Assembly (NCBI GenBank): GCA_021108075.1
Contig: JAIORP010000090.1
Coordinates: 79,828 to 143,827, forward strand
Length of the DNA stretch: 64,000 nt
Reading direction: 5' to 3'
From: Candidatus Omnitrophota bacterium
GTDB taxonomy: Bacteria > Omnitrophota > Gorgyraeia > Zapsychrales > Zapsychraceae
Positions 9,459 to 19,034 of this stretch are shown in pieces. Under the pieces are notes generated by a model. That model searched no databases. It worked only from the letters and a program-made list of their open reading frames with translations, and was not told where the DNA came from. The translations under genes and the position numbers were made by a program. Within the stretch, counting starts at the first letter, position 1. Every line of letters begins with the position of its first letter.

Positions 9459-10823
9459 ATGCGCATTATTATTGTTGGAGCTGGACGAATCGGCATGAAT
9501 TTAGCGAAAACGTTAACCAAAGAAAATAATGAAGTTTATATGATTGAAAGTGATCCAGACACAGCCCTCAACGCGGATGAGAAATTGGACGTGAAGGTCA
9601 TTACGGGCAATGGCGCAAATCCGAAAACATTAAAAATAGCCCAAGCTCATCGGGCTGATTTGGTGATTGCTGTGACAATGTCGGATGAAACAAATCTCGT
9701 TGTCAGTTCGTTGGCTTCATACTACGGCGCCAAGCGCTGCATTGCCCGGGTTAGAAATACGAATTTGAGTCAGGAAATTGATAAGAGTGGATATCATCAT
9801 TTTCATATTGATGAAATCATCAATCCGGAAGAGGTTGCGGGAGAAGCCATTGTCAAAACAATTGAAGCGCCGGGCGCTTGTGAAGTTGCGGATTTCGCTG
9901 ATGGCCGAATTCTGTTAAGATCTTTTGATATTTCTTTAGAGTCGTCTTTATGTGGAACTAAAATCAGTGACTTTGGAGATGACGATTTTCCCTGGCCCTT
10001 CTTGATCGTTGCCATTCGTCGGCAAGGAGAAGTGATTATTCCAAAAGGTGAAACACACGTTGAGCGCGATGACCGTATTTATGTTTTATTGCCAACCCCG
10101 TCGTTAGGCGAATTTATAACCTTTGTTGATCCTGAAAGCAGAAAACCAAATAAAATAATTATTTATGGTGCAACTAAGACTGGAGAGCATGTTGCCCAGG
10201 CTTTATTTCAAGACGTTAAGGATATTATTTTGATAGAGGAGAGTCCTCATTTAGCAGCACTCATAGCCAGTCAAATTCCCGGTGTTCGCATCATTAATGG
10301 ATCGGCATCAGAGAAGGACATATTGAAAGAATGTGGAATCGAAGCCGCAGACATTTTCATAGCAGCGACAGATAATGATCATTCCAACTTAATTAGTGCT
10401 GTTTTAGCGAAACGGATGGGCGCAAAAAAAACGATTATCACAACGCAGCAGCCAGATTATACCTCAATTGTTGGGGCATTAGAGATTGATGCGATTGTTA
10501 GTCCGCACTTATTGGCTGTGGAACAGATTTTGCGGTATGTGAGGGGCAAAGGAATTAGCGCCATCACAAAATTTTTAGATTGTGACGCTGAAGCGGTTGA
10601 ATTTATTTGTGAGGCAGGGGCCCCGATAACAAAAAAAGCCCTAAAGGATTTGACTTTTCCTCAAAATTCGATTGTTGGCGCTGTCGATAAAGGGTCAGAA
10701 GTGGTCCTTGCTAAGGGCGACACGCAGATCAATGCTGGCGAACGCGTTATTGTTTTTTGTCAGGAGTCGGCCGTGAAAAAGCTACAGTCTTTATTTACAC
10801 ATAAAAAGATGTTTAAAAAATAA
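9459..10823 (+). CDS. trkA: Trk potassium uptake NAD-binding subunit
   Basis: Two RCK_N/RCK_C pairs, GAGRIG, IINPE; followed by trkH. Confidence 0.95.
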   Translation: MRIIIVGAGRIGMNLAKTLTKENNEVYMIESDPDTALNADEKLDVKVITGNGANPKTLKIAQAHRADLVIAVTMSDETNLVVSSLASYYGAKRCIARVRNTNLSQEIDKSGYHHFHIDEIINPEEVAGEAIVKTIEAPGACEVADFADGRILLRSFDISLESSLCGTKISDFGDDDFPWPFLIVAIRRQGEVIIPKGETHVERDDRIYVLLPTPSLGEFITFVDPESRKPNKIIIYGATKTGEHVAQALFQDVKDIILIEESPHLAALIASQIPGVRIINGSASEKDILKECGIEAADIFIAATDNDHSNLISAVLAKRMGAKKTIITTQQPDYTSIVGALEIDAIVSPHLLAVEQILRYVRGKGISAITKFLDCDAEAVEFICEAGAPITKKALKDLTFPQNSIVGAVDKGSEVVLAKGDTQINAGERVIVFCQESAVKKLQSLFTHKKMFKK

Positions 10824-10848
10824 TTTATTCGGAGTCAATGCGGAATAA

Positions 10849-10949
10849 TACCAAATCCATCAAATAATTGTCCTATTTGAATGCTAATATTCTCGTTTAG
10901 ACGTCGAGAATATCGCAATGACTCTGATAATTATTTGATGGATTTGGTA
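10849..10949. mobile_element. MITE-like element with perfect 21-bp terminal inverted repeats
   Basis: TACCAAATCCATCAAATAATT ... AATTATTTGATGGATTTGGTA between trkA and trkH. Confidence 0.8.
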
Positions 10950-10993
10950 CAATTGGCTAAATGTAGAATTTTATTTTTATTTTATATCCTCCT

Positions 10994-12448
10994 ATGCATA
11001 AAAGATTTATTGCAAATATCATTTCCAGGATCGTTCTAATTGTTTGTTGCTTTCTGTTCGTTCCTTTGATTTGGGCGATCCTTGCTGATCCAAACAGCAC
11101 AGAGGTTAAAGCTTTTATCTATACCATTTTGTTCGGATCGGCCGGGGCCTTGATTATTCTTAAAAACGTTAAATTAAGAGCATCTGATCATGATAAATTA
11201 AATGCCAAGGATGGTTTAGCTATTGTGGGATTGTCTTGGGTTATTCTTTCTGCTTTGGGAGCCTTACCATTATACTTAACAAACACCGTTCCTTCCTACA
11301 CAGACGCATACTTTGAAATTGTTAGTGGCTTTACGACAACAGGAGCAACCGTTATAACAGAGATTGAGTCCTTGCCTCGCGGAATTATGTTCTGGCGCAG
11401 TCTAACGCACTGGCTTGGTGGTATGGGGATTATTGTGCTGTATTTAGCGCTTTTACCCGCCTTTGGTTCAAACGCATTTCAGTTATATAAAGCGGAAGCT
11501 CCCGGCATAACGGTTGAGCGAACAGAACCCCGCATTACGGAAACAGCCAAGACACTGTGGGGTGTTTATTTTCTTTTATCCTTTTTAGAAACGTGTTTAT
11601 TGATGTTCGGGGGGATGCCTTTCTACGATGCCTTATGTCACACTTTTGGCACAATGGCGACGGGGGGATTTTCGACTAAAAATACCAGTATTTCTGCGTA
11701 TGACCCATATATTCAGTGGGTCATTATTGTTTTTATGTTTTTGGCCGGCTGCAATTTTATGTTGCATTACCAGGCTTTGAAAGGAAGATTAAAAGGATAT
11801 ATCAGAAATGAAGAGTTCCAGTCTTATTTGTTTGTTATTTTAGGGTCGATTGTTGTCTTTAGTTTGATTTTATTCTTCGGGCAATATTCCAACGCGCCTG
11901 TAAGAGATGCCACCTTTCAAGTTGTCGCGATAATCACAACAACCGGTTTTTGCACAGCTGATTTTGACTTGTGGCCTCATTTTTTGCGTTTTGCACTGGT
12001 TTGTTTGATGTTCATTGGTGGGTGCGGAGGATCAACAGGCGGCGGAATGAAAATTGTGCGGTTTTTTCTTTCTATTAAAATCGCCTTTCGATCGGTTATC
12101 CAAACGATTTTTCCAAACGCGGTTGTGTCTGTTCGGTTTAACGGAGCAGCTTGTTCAGAAAGGATTTTAAGGGCCGTTAGCGCTTATTTTATCATTTTTA
12201 TGTTTTTGTTTTTTTTGGGAGCGATTGTGTTGACCATTACCGATCAATGTGATTTGGTCACTGCATTTTCTGCCTCAATCGCTTCTTTAAGCAATATTGG
12301 CCCAGGATTAGCAAAGGTTGGAGCCGTTCAAAACTATGCGTGGATATCTCTTCCCGGCAAGTGGATGCTGATTTTTTTAATGTTAGCTGGCAGATTAGAG
12401 CTTTATTCGATTTTGATCCTCTTTCATCCGGCTACCTGGCGAAAATGA
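10994..12448 (+). CDS. trkH: Trk potassium uptake membrane subunit
   Basis: SGFTTTGAT, WLGGMGII, TGGFS, GSTGGGMK, NIGPG, GRLE. Confidence 0.97.
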   Translation: MHKRFIANIISRIVLIVCCFLFVPLIWAILADPNSTEVKAFIYTILFGSAGALIILKNVKLRASDHDKLNAKDGLAIVGLSWVILSALGALPLYLTNTVPSYTDAYFEIVSGFTTTGATVITEIESLPRGIMFWRSLTHWLGGMGIIVLYLALLPAFGSNAFQLYKAEAPGITVERTEPRITETAKTLWGVYFLLSFLETCLLMFGGMPFYDALCHTFGTMATGGFSTKNTSISAYDPYIQWVIIVFMFLAGCNFMLHYQALKGRLKGYIRNEEFQSYLFVILGSIVVFSLILFFGQYSNAPVRDATFQVVAIITTTGFCTADFDLWPHFLRFALVCLMFIGGCGGSTGGGMKIVRFFLSIKIAFRSVIQTIFPNAVVSVRFNGAACSERILRAVSAYFIIFMFLFFLGAIVLTITDQCDLVTAFSASIASLSNIGPGLAKVGAVQNYAWISLPGKWMLIFLMLAGRLELYSILILFHPATWRK

Positions 12449-12796
12449 CCTGACCGGTCTCTTTTTCCCCGGTCCTATTTTTTTTAATTTATCTTGATGT
12501 CTTCTGGTAAATAAAGTAGATTAATAACATATTTGGTCTATTTGAGCATAACTCGTTCAGATTTTTCGTTTTTTTTAAAACGGGAATGGCTCAACACAGG
12601 GGTGGCAAAAAAACACAAAAAACTGTTTTGAGAAAATGTAATTACTGCTACAATGTCACCATAAAATAGGGTTTTGTTTTATTCTACGGTGTTTATATCT
12701 AGCCATGCATTATGGAAGCACCATAACATGGTGTCTTTTTTTTTCTAATTTTTAGTTGTGGTGAAATTAATGATTTTTAAAAAAATATAAAGAGGG

Positions 12797-14314
12797 ATGC
12801 GCATGTATCATTTTAAAGAAGCTCAGACAGAGCAAGAATATCAAAAAATATATGCATTACGTTATCAGGTGTATTGTCTTGAAAACGATTGGTTGCCTCC
12901 GGAAAATTATCCGAATAATCTAGAAAAAGATTTTTATGATGCGTATTCAAAACATTTTTATGCGGAAGATAAAAATGGCGAGGTTATAGGAACCATTCGT
13001 TTGATTTTACCCCATAAAATTCCGTTACACAGAACCTTGCCGATCGTTGATCATCCCAATGTCCAGCTCCATACCTTTAGCGTTCCCAATCAATGTGCTG
13101 AGATTTCCCGTTTAGTGGTCAACAAAAAAGTACGGAGAGGCGACATTGCCTTAGGATTATACCGAATCCTCTATCAATATGCGCGTGATAACGATATTCA
13201 GCACTGGTACATTTTGGTTGATGAGATTTTTTTGAAAATTTTACAAAAATTAGGGTTTCCGTTTAAACCTTTTGCCTGCCCGGGGGAATACATGGGTATC
13301 ACGATACCGGCGGAATCTCCTCTTGATGCGATTGAGCATCACCTGCAATTTAAGAATGCGCAATTTTTTGAATGGTTTCAGGATACGTCCACAGTTTTAA
13401 AAGAAACGCGGTTAATGTCTAAGTTTTTCAGGACCCAGGACAGATACGCTATTCCTAAAAAAGGTATTTATTCAAGAAATTGGGCTTTTATTTCTCGCTC
13501 GCTGCAAGACAAGCTGAAAGACACCCGTATGTTTATTGCCGGGTCAGGATTGGGAAGCGTTATCGCGCAAACAGCCGTTCGAACGGGCATCGGACGTTTT
13601 ATTGTCGCGGATGGTGATCGGGTGGAAGTCTCAAATTTAAACCGTCAGGCATTTAATAGCCGTGATCTTTCGCAGAACAAGGCTTGGGCGACTGCGAATA
13701 TGATCAAACGGATCCATCCGGATGTTGAAGTAGAGGTTATTGATGAATTTTTGACCCCAAAAACGTTAGCTGCGCCGATCAGCAAAGCAGATATTATTGT
13801 CAACACCATTGATTTTGACCACCCCGCTTTTTTGGATTGTAACCGCAAAGCAAGAAATCTTGGCAAAACGGTTTTTTTTCCTATAAACATTGGCTGGGGG
13901 GGGGCGTTGTTAATATTTACGCCGGAATCTCCGACCCTGGAGGAAGTGTTAGGCCTGACTCCGCTCAAACAATATTCTTTTGATCAAATAAAACAGAAAT
14001 TAATTCGAAAAATTATCAGTTCAGAAATTCCGGATTATCTTTTATCCCTGGTTGATATTTTTGAAAGTCCTGTAGCTGGTGAATGGTACAATGATCCACA
14101 AATGTCTGTTGGATGCTCTATTTCTTCATCCCTGGTTGTGACAGCAGCGGTTTCCATTGTCGCAGGACAATCGGTAAAAGTTGTCCCGGATCACACATAT
14201 ATTGATTTTCATGAATTAGTTCAGCAAAAATTTCAGGGCTTACATTCCATTGATGATCTGATTCAGAATTACGGATTTGTTGATCCAATACATAATGTTG
14301 GTGCAGGAATATAA
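12797..14314 (+). CDS. Fusion of N-acyl amino acid synthase-like (FeeM/LuxI-like GNAT) domain and ThiF/E1-like adenylyltransferase
   Basis: N-half: LRYQVYC, EKDFYD..SKHF, GTIRL, AEISRLVV; C-half: YSRN, GSGLGS, DGDRVEVSNLNRQ. Confidence 0.8.
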   Translation: MRMYHFKEAQTEQEYQKIYALRYQVYCLENDWLPPENYPNNLEKDFYDAYSKHFYAEDKNGEVIGTIRLILPHKIPLHRTLPIVDHPNVQLHTFSVPNQCAEISRLVVNKKVRRGDIALGLYRILYQYARDNDIQHWYILVDEIFLKILQKLGFPFKPFACPGEYMGITIPAESPLDAIEHHLQFKNAQFFEWFQDTSTVLKETRLMSKFFRTQDRYAIPKKGIYSRNWAFISRSLQDKLKDTRMFIAGSGLGSVIAQTAVRTGIGRFIVADGDRVEVSNLNRQAFNSRDLSQNKAWATANMIKRIHPDVEVEVIDEFLTPKTLAAPISKADIIVNTIDFDHPAFLDCNRKARNLGKTVFFPINIGWGGALLIFTPESPTLEEVLGLTPLKQYSFDQIKQKLIRKIISSEIPDYLLSLVDIFESPVAGEWYNDPQMSVGCSISSSLVVTAAVSIVAGQSVKVVPDHTYIDFHELVQQKFQGLHSIDDLIQNYGFVDPIHNVGAGI

Positions 14315-14328
14315 TTTAATCAGACATG

Positions 14329-14359
14329 AAAAGCCTCCATTTTTATGGGGGCTTTTTTT
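14329..14359 (+). terminator. Rho-independent terminator
   Basis: AAAAGCCTCCAT-TTTT-ATGGGGGCTTTT followed by Ts. Confidence 0.8.
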
Positions 14360-14469
14360 GTGGGCGTAGAACCGTCAGGCGTGAGCCGGTGTTTTTTTAC
14401 GGCAAGTCGGAGGACATCGGTTGTGCCAATGTTTATAACAACCGTTTGCAAGTTGAAAATATTTGGTAT

Positions 14470-14551
14470 AATTATCCTATTTGAATGCTAATATTTTCAT
14501 TCAAACGTCGAGAATATTATAATGACTTTGGTAATTTTTTAATGGATTTGA
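14470..14551. mobile_element. Degenerate MITE-like copy lacking the left end
   Basis: AATTATCCTATTTGAATGCTAATATT...CGTCGAGAATAT...TTAATGGATTTGA aligns with the interior of 10849-10949. Confidence 0.7.
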
Positions 14552-14597
14552 CATTATTAGCCTGTTTAGAGCTTGAAAGTCATAAAAAGGAATTGCG

Positions 14598-15326
14598 ATG
14601 AAAAAGAACACAGTGAAAATTACAAATTTTCAGCTAAAAACCGCGCAGATTATTTCAGATAAATATGAGGTTGTATCAAAATTGGGTTCAGGTTGGGAAG
14701 GAGAAGTTTATAAGATTAGGGAAATGCGAACAGGGATTGAGCGGGCCGCGAAGTTGTTTTTTCCGCAACGCAACATCAATCATAAGGCGTCTTGTTTTTA
14801 TGCGCGAAAATTACACAAATTACGCAAATGTCAAATATTGATTCAGTATCACACGGAAGAAACATTGTATTTTGATGGGCTTCCCATCACTATGTTGGTT
14901 TCTGAATATGTCGAAGGACAGCTCCTCTCTGATTTTGTGCGATCGTTTCCCGGGAAAAAATTGACGCCATTTCAGGCGTTGCATCTATTATATTCCCTTG
15001 TCAAAGGGATTGAAGACATTCACTTGCTGAATGAGTATCATGGCGATTTGCATTCCGACAATGTGATTGTTAACCGGTTTGGTTTGTATTTTGAATTAAA
15101 GCTTTTGGACATGTTTCATTGGTCTTCACCCAGCAAAGCTAATCGGGAAGATGATCTGTGCGAACTGATTCATATTTTTTATGATTCACTCGGGGGCGCA
15201 AAATATTATTCCAAGTTCCCACAAGAAATAAAAAAAATATGCTGTGGGTTAAAAAAGGGTTTGATTCTAAAAAAATTTAGGACAGTTTCCCAGTTGCGGG
15301 AATATTTAGAAACGATGAAATGGTAA
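14598..15326 (+). CDS. Stand-alone Ser/Thr protein kinase-like protein
   Basis: LGSGWEGEVY glycine loop, AAK lysine, HGDLHSDN catalytic loop, LLDMF. Confidence 0.85.
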   Translation: MKKNTVKITNFQLKTAQIISDKYEVVSKLGSGWEGEVYKIREMRTGIERAAKLFFPQRNINHKASCFYARKLHKLRKCQILIQYHTEETLYFDGLPITMLVSEYVEGQLLSDFVRSFPGKKLTPFQALHLLYSLVKGIEDIHLLNEYHGDLHSDNVIVNRFGLYFELKLLDMFHWSSPSKANREDDLCELIHIFYDSLGGAKYYSKFPQEIKKICCGLKKGLILKKFRTVSQLREYLETMKW

Positions 15327-15430
15327 TACCAATTCCATTAAATAATGACCCAAATTTTATCTCGCTTTTCTCGAATGCTTTTATGGGAACAGCGAGATGA
15401 AATCAGAAATATTATTTAATGGAATTGGTC
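15327..15430. mobile_element. MITE-like element
   Basis: TACCAATTCCATTAAATAAT ... ATTATTTAATGGAATTGGTC; interior resembles reverse complement of 8898-9001. Confidence 0.78.
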
Positions 15431-15495
15431 GTGTCAAATGGGTCTTTATTTTCTGTAATTGGTATAAATATCAGGGAAAGGGAAGGGCTCTGTGC

Positions 15496-16284
15496 ATGTC
15501 CAGGATGACATTTAAAAAATATGGAAATAGCCCTTCGGTCGTCCTTGTCCATGGAGGGCCGGGAGCGGCTGGGGAAATGACACCGGTTGCAGAAGAATTA
15601 TCAGCTAAGTTCGATATTCTTGAACCATGGCAAACAGCACGAACAATTGAGGGGCAAGTTGAAGAGCTGGCAAAAATTATAAAAAATGAAGCGGTGTGTC
15701 CGGTTATCTTAATGGGGTTTTCATGGGGAGCCTGGCTGATTTGTTTTGTCGCCGCACAGTATCCGGATATTGTTAAAAAATTGGTGCTTATTAGTAGCGC
15801 TCCTTTTGAGCAATCCTGTGCTGACGTGATTCAACAAAAACGATTCGAACGCATGAATGCTGCTGACCGTCAAAAAGTTCGTTTATGGACCCGAGAACTG
15901 CAAGACATCACGAATGATCATCGGGATGAGATCTTGTTGGAAATAGGTTTGAGTTATGAAAAAGCTGACACATTTATTCCGTTGCAGGATGTGAAAAATG
16001 ACATCGAATTTGATGCGAATATCTATCGGCAAATTTGGCCGCAAGCCACTCAATGGCGCAGGGAAGGAAGGCTTTTAGATTTACGGGAGAAGATTCAATG
16101 CCCTGTTGTTGCTCTGCATGGAGATTATGACCCCCATCCAGCACAAGGCGTTTTTGAGCCGCTCAAACATCTTGCCTCTTTTCGTTTTATCGTATTGTCT
16201 CAATGCGGACATAAACCCTGGGTCGAGAAATTAGTTCGGGAACGTTTCTATGATATTTTAAGGGATATTATTGATGAAGCGTAA
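15496..16284 (+). CDS. Alpha/beta hydrolase (proline iminopeptidase-like)
   Basis: HGGPG, GFSWG nucleophile, HGDYD, CGHKPW; the ORF-track start at 15397 lies inside the MITE. Confidence 0.85.
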   Translation: MSRMTFKKYGNSPSVVLVHGGPGAAGEMTPVAEELSAKFDILEPWQTARTIEGQVEELAKIIKNEAVCPVILMGFSWGAWLICFVAAQYPDIVKKLVLISSAPFEQSCADVIQQKRFERMNAADRQKVRLWTRELQDITNDHRDEILLEIGLSYEKADTFIPLQDVKNDIEFDANIYRQIWPQATQWRREGRLLDLREKIQCPVVALHGDYDPHPAQGVFEPLKHLASFRFIVLSQCGHKPWVEKLVRERFYDILRDIIDEA

Positions 16285-16524
16285 TGCGCGATGGCGATTG
16301 CGTCAGATACAGCCGGTGAAAATATGGAACGGTCGTCAATCAAAGTCTAAGAGATGTGATTATTTTCATGCTTGAGACCTAAATGGATATTCGGCGTGCG
16401 CGCAGATTGTTTGAAAAATTATTTTTTTAAAAAAAATATGTCGACAGATATACAAATAGATGAAATGATGATGAGTATTTCAAGTTCCCTTTACTTAAAT
16501 AATAGGTAAAAAAAAGGACAAAAT

Positions 16525-17055
16525 ATGAAAAAAAGTATTTTTTTCCATTGTTTATCCAGAATATTGTTTGTTATCCTTTTGTTGGTGATATTTCGTCCGG
16601 CTGTTTCGGAATCCGTTGTTATCGTAATAGATGAAATCGATTTGTATTTGGACGGATACAAATTGAAGGACAATTCGGTTATCATTGAGATTGGAGATGG
16701 GCATCGCAGTGTATGTGAATATGGAAAATGTAGTAAATCAATAACAAAAGATACCGCTGAAACCGTCTATTTTTATAAGACAGGTAATAAGCATATGTTA
16801 AATTGTTTTTCTTACGCTCGACCTGCTTGTGATCAATTTAAGACAATGGATGCTTATGAGCTGTATTTGAATGAGCATGTCGATAAAGCCATTTTTACAT
16901 GGAAAGTAACTTTTTCCCTTCCCAATGAAGAAGAAAAAGCAGTTGAACCTGATGCCTGGGTCAGCATCGGTCGGTGCTTTAACCTCGAGTTATCAGATGG
17001 TGTTTTAACGCAAAAAACTTGTGTCAAAAAGCAAGAAATGATGGACGCCAAATAA
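16525..17055 (+). CDS. Hypothetical exported protein with several Cys
   Basis: Signal-peptide-like N-terminus, AAGGA SD. Confidence 0.6.
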   Translation: MKKSIFFHCLSRILFVILLLVIFRPAVSESVVIVIDEIDLYLDGYKLKDNSVIIEIGDGHRSVCEYGKCSKSITKDTAETVYFYKTGNKHMLNCFSYARPACDQFKTMDAYELYLNEHVDKAIFTWKVTFSLPNEEEKAVEPDAWVSIGRCFNLELSDGVLTQKTCVKKQEMMDAK

Positions 17056-17129
17056 ATTTTTTTAAGTAAGACGCTGTATTCTTTTAGCGGACGCCCTTCT
17101 GTTTGTCATCTTCTATAAGGTCAAGACGC

Positions 17130-17714
17130 ATGCCACAAATAAATCGAAAAGATATATGGACGCTGTGTTTCCTGTTCAGTCTTATCGTTTTTGTTGTGAT
17201 CCTCTACCTTCTGTTTAAGGGGCAACAAACCATCTACTATAGCCCCGTTTTTAATTCCCAGGGGAAATCGGTCGCCTATATCAAACGCATGGTGGATTAT
17301 CAGGTGGAAGGGGGCAGTCTGATCCCTTTTATGGGAGAACAAGTAACAATATCGGTAAAATCAGACCGCCTACAGTTGTGTCAAAAAGACTTGGAGAGCA
17401 ATAAGGAGACGGTTATTCATGATTGGATGATCGATTTGGACCAAAGGAACAAATTGGGGGGTGTCTGGGTTCGGCTTGATTGGCATGGCCCTGTCCTGAA
17501 GTATTATGTTCGATTGACAGACTATGGCCAGATTCATCTGGGCCAGGAAAAGAATGGACCGTCCGGATTGGAATGGATATTAACAAATACCCGGGAGCGG
17601 GAGTTGATCAAACATGGACCGATAGAGGTTGGAGTGGTGCAGGTTTTTTTGAATGCTGATCCTGAAAAAATACGCTTTCCTTATGTGAATAGGCTTATCA
17701 TCGAAAAAAGATAG
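17130..17714 (+). CDS. Hypothetical membrane-anchored protein
   Basis: N-terminal TM helix, then a YSPVFNSQGKSVAY segment resembling a PD40/TolB repeat. Confidence 0.55.
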   Translation: MPQINRKDIWTLCFLFSLIVFVVILYLLFKGQQTIYYSPVFNSQGKSVAYIKRMVDYQVEGGSLIPFMGEQVTISVKSDRLQLCQKDLESNKETVIHDWMIDLDQRNKLGGVWVRLDWHGPVLKYYVRLTDYGQIHLGQEKNGPSGLEWILTNTRERELIKHGPIEVGVVQVFLNADPEKIRFPYVNRLIIEKR

Positions 17715-17795
17715 CATTTTTTGGAATTTTGTAGCATAATAGTAAAGATATATTTTTGTCCATATTCTAAATTTATGATACAGGGGGGGAGTAAA

Positions 17796-18254
17796 ATGAA
17801 AAAAATTTATATTTGTTTTCTTTTTTGTTGTTTTTTTATTCCGGGACTAATGATGGCGGTTCCACAACAAGCGTTTGCTGTGGATGAAGAAAACACGAGC
17901 CAAACGGTTCAATCGCAAAGTAATAATGGCAGTAGAAGGCAGCAAGCGATGGAAATTCGACGTATGCGGCAAGAAACTGCTGCGCGCGCGCGTGAAGTCT
18001 CCCAGCGCGTTAGAGATTCCGTCCGACGAACAAAAGAATCCATTCGTGCCATTAAAGAACGGTTGAATAATACGGGCGCTGATTATTCGATGTCTAATAA
18101 GGAACGCATGCGCGCGATTCGCGAAACGATTGAACGCAATAAAATTCAACAGAAGCTGAATAGGCAGATGCAGAAAGATCGTATGCGCATGATTAGGGAT
18201 CAGACCGAGTCATTGCAGCAAAAGCTTAGAGATAACGCAAACAGAAATAAATAA
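17796..18254 (+). CDS. Hypothetical secreted helical R/Q/M-rich protein (paralog 1)
   Basis: GGGGGAG SD, MKKIY...AFA signal peptide, coiled-coil-like body. Confidence 0.7.
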   Translation: MKKIYICFLFCCFFIPGLMMAVPQQAFAVDEENTSQTVQSQSNNGSRRQQAMEIRRMRQETAARAREVSQRVRDSVRRTKESIRAIKERLNNTGADYSMSNKERMRAIRETIERNKIQQKLNRQMQKDRMRMIRDQTESLQQKLRDNANRNK

Positions 18255-18320
18255 TCTCGACGATACTTTAATGGATATATTATCCATGTTGAGGTGTTTT
18301 TGTCTTTTTTGTGGGAGGAT

Positions 18321-18767
18321 ATGATGACCGCGATCAGAATTGTTTTTACCATTATAATTTTTTTAGGATGCTTTGTTTTTGTTTGTCTGGTTGAGGCCGG
18401 TAGTTTAGATTCTTTTCATATGGATTTGGTTATTGAGCGAACGAAGGATTCGATCCGCATCCAAAAGGATCTTGCGATCAGTCGCAAGAAGGATAATGAA
18501 ATTGTTCGGGGCCAGGATATCAAGCAATCCGTAAAAGACACCATGACGCGGAAGAAAGAAGCGATAAGGACGATGCAATCCCACATGTCCAATGGAGCAA
18601 AGCAGTTTAATGACATCGCGCGTACGCGAATGATGATGATGAAAGAGACAATGAGACAAACTGCTGTTCAACAGGATTTAAATCGTCGTCAACAACAAGA
18701 CCGTCTGCGCCAAATTAAAGAACAGACAACGGCTCTCAAGCAACGCCTTAAAGATAATTCAAGATAA
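18321..18767 (+). CDS. Hypothetical secreted helical R/Q/M-rich protein (paralog 2)
   Basis: GGAGG SD, signal peptide ending VEA; C-terminus aligns with paralog 1. Confidence 0.7.
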   Translation: MMTAIRIVFTIIIFLGCFVFVCLVEAGSLDSFHMDLVIERTKDSIRIQKDLAISRKKDNEIVRGQDIKQSVKDTMTRKKEAIRTMQSHMSNGAKQFNDIARTRMMMMKETMRQTAVQQDLNRRQQQDRLRQIKEQTTALKQRLKDNSR

Positions 18768-19034
18768 TTTTACAGCAAATATTTATCGATGTGTCAGATG
18801 GATTAATCGTGGGTTCTTATCTGGACATTGATCCCTCTAAATAGCGTCTATTTCCTGTCGTAACAGCTAAACGGAAATGGGCGTCTCTTAACTTTTCCCC
18901 TTTTGAATAGTATTTGATTGAATATTTTTTGATGGTATAATATCCTGTCTTATTTGAGTTTTTTTTGAATAAATAAAAAGTGTTCTGGTGTAATGTTTCT
19001 GAAGTAATCGAATTTTATTAAAGTGAGGATATAT

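Noticed and set aside
9433-12682. Similar 28-mers GTAACCATAAAAATAGGTTTTGTCTTAT (9433) and GTCACCATAAAATAGGGTTTTGTTTTAT (12655)
   Set aside because: AT-rich, at different distances from the start codons and only two copies; cannot be distinguished from chance.
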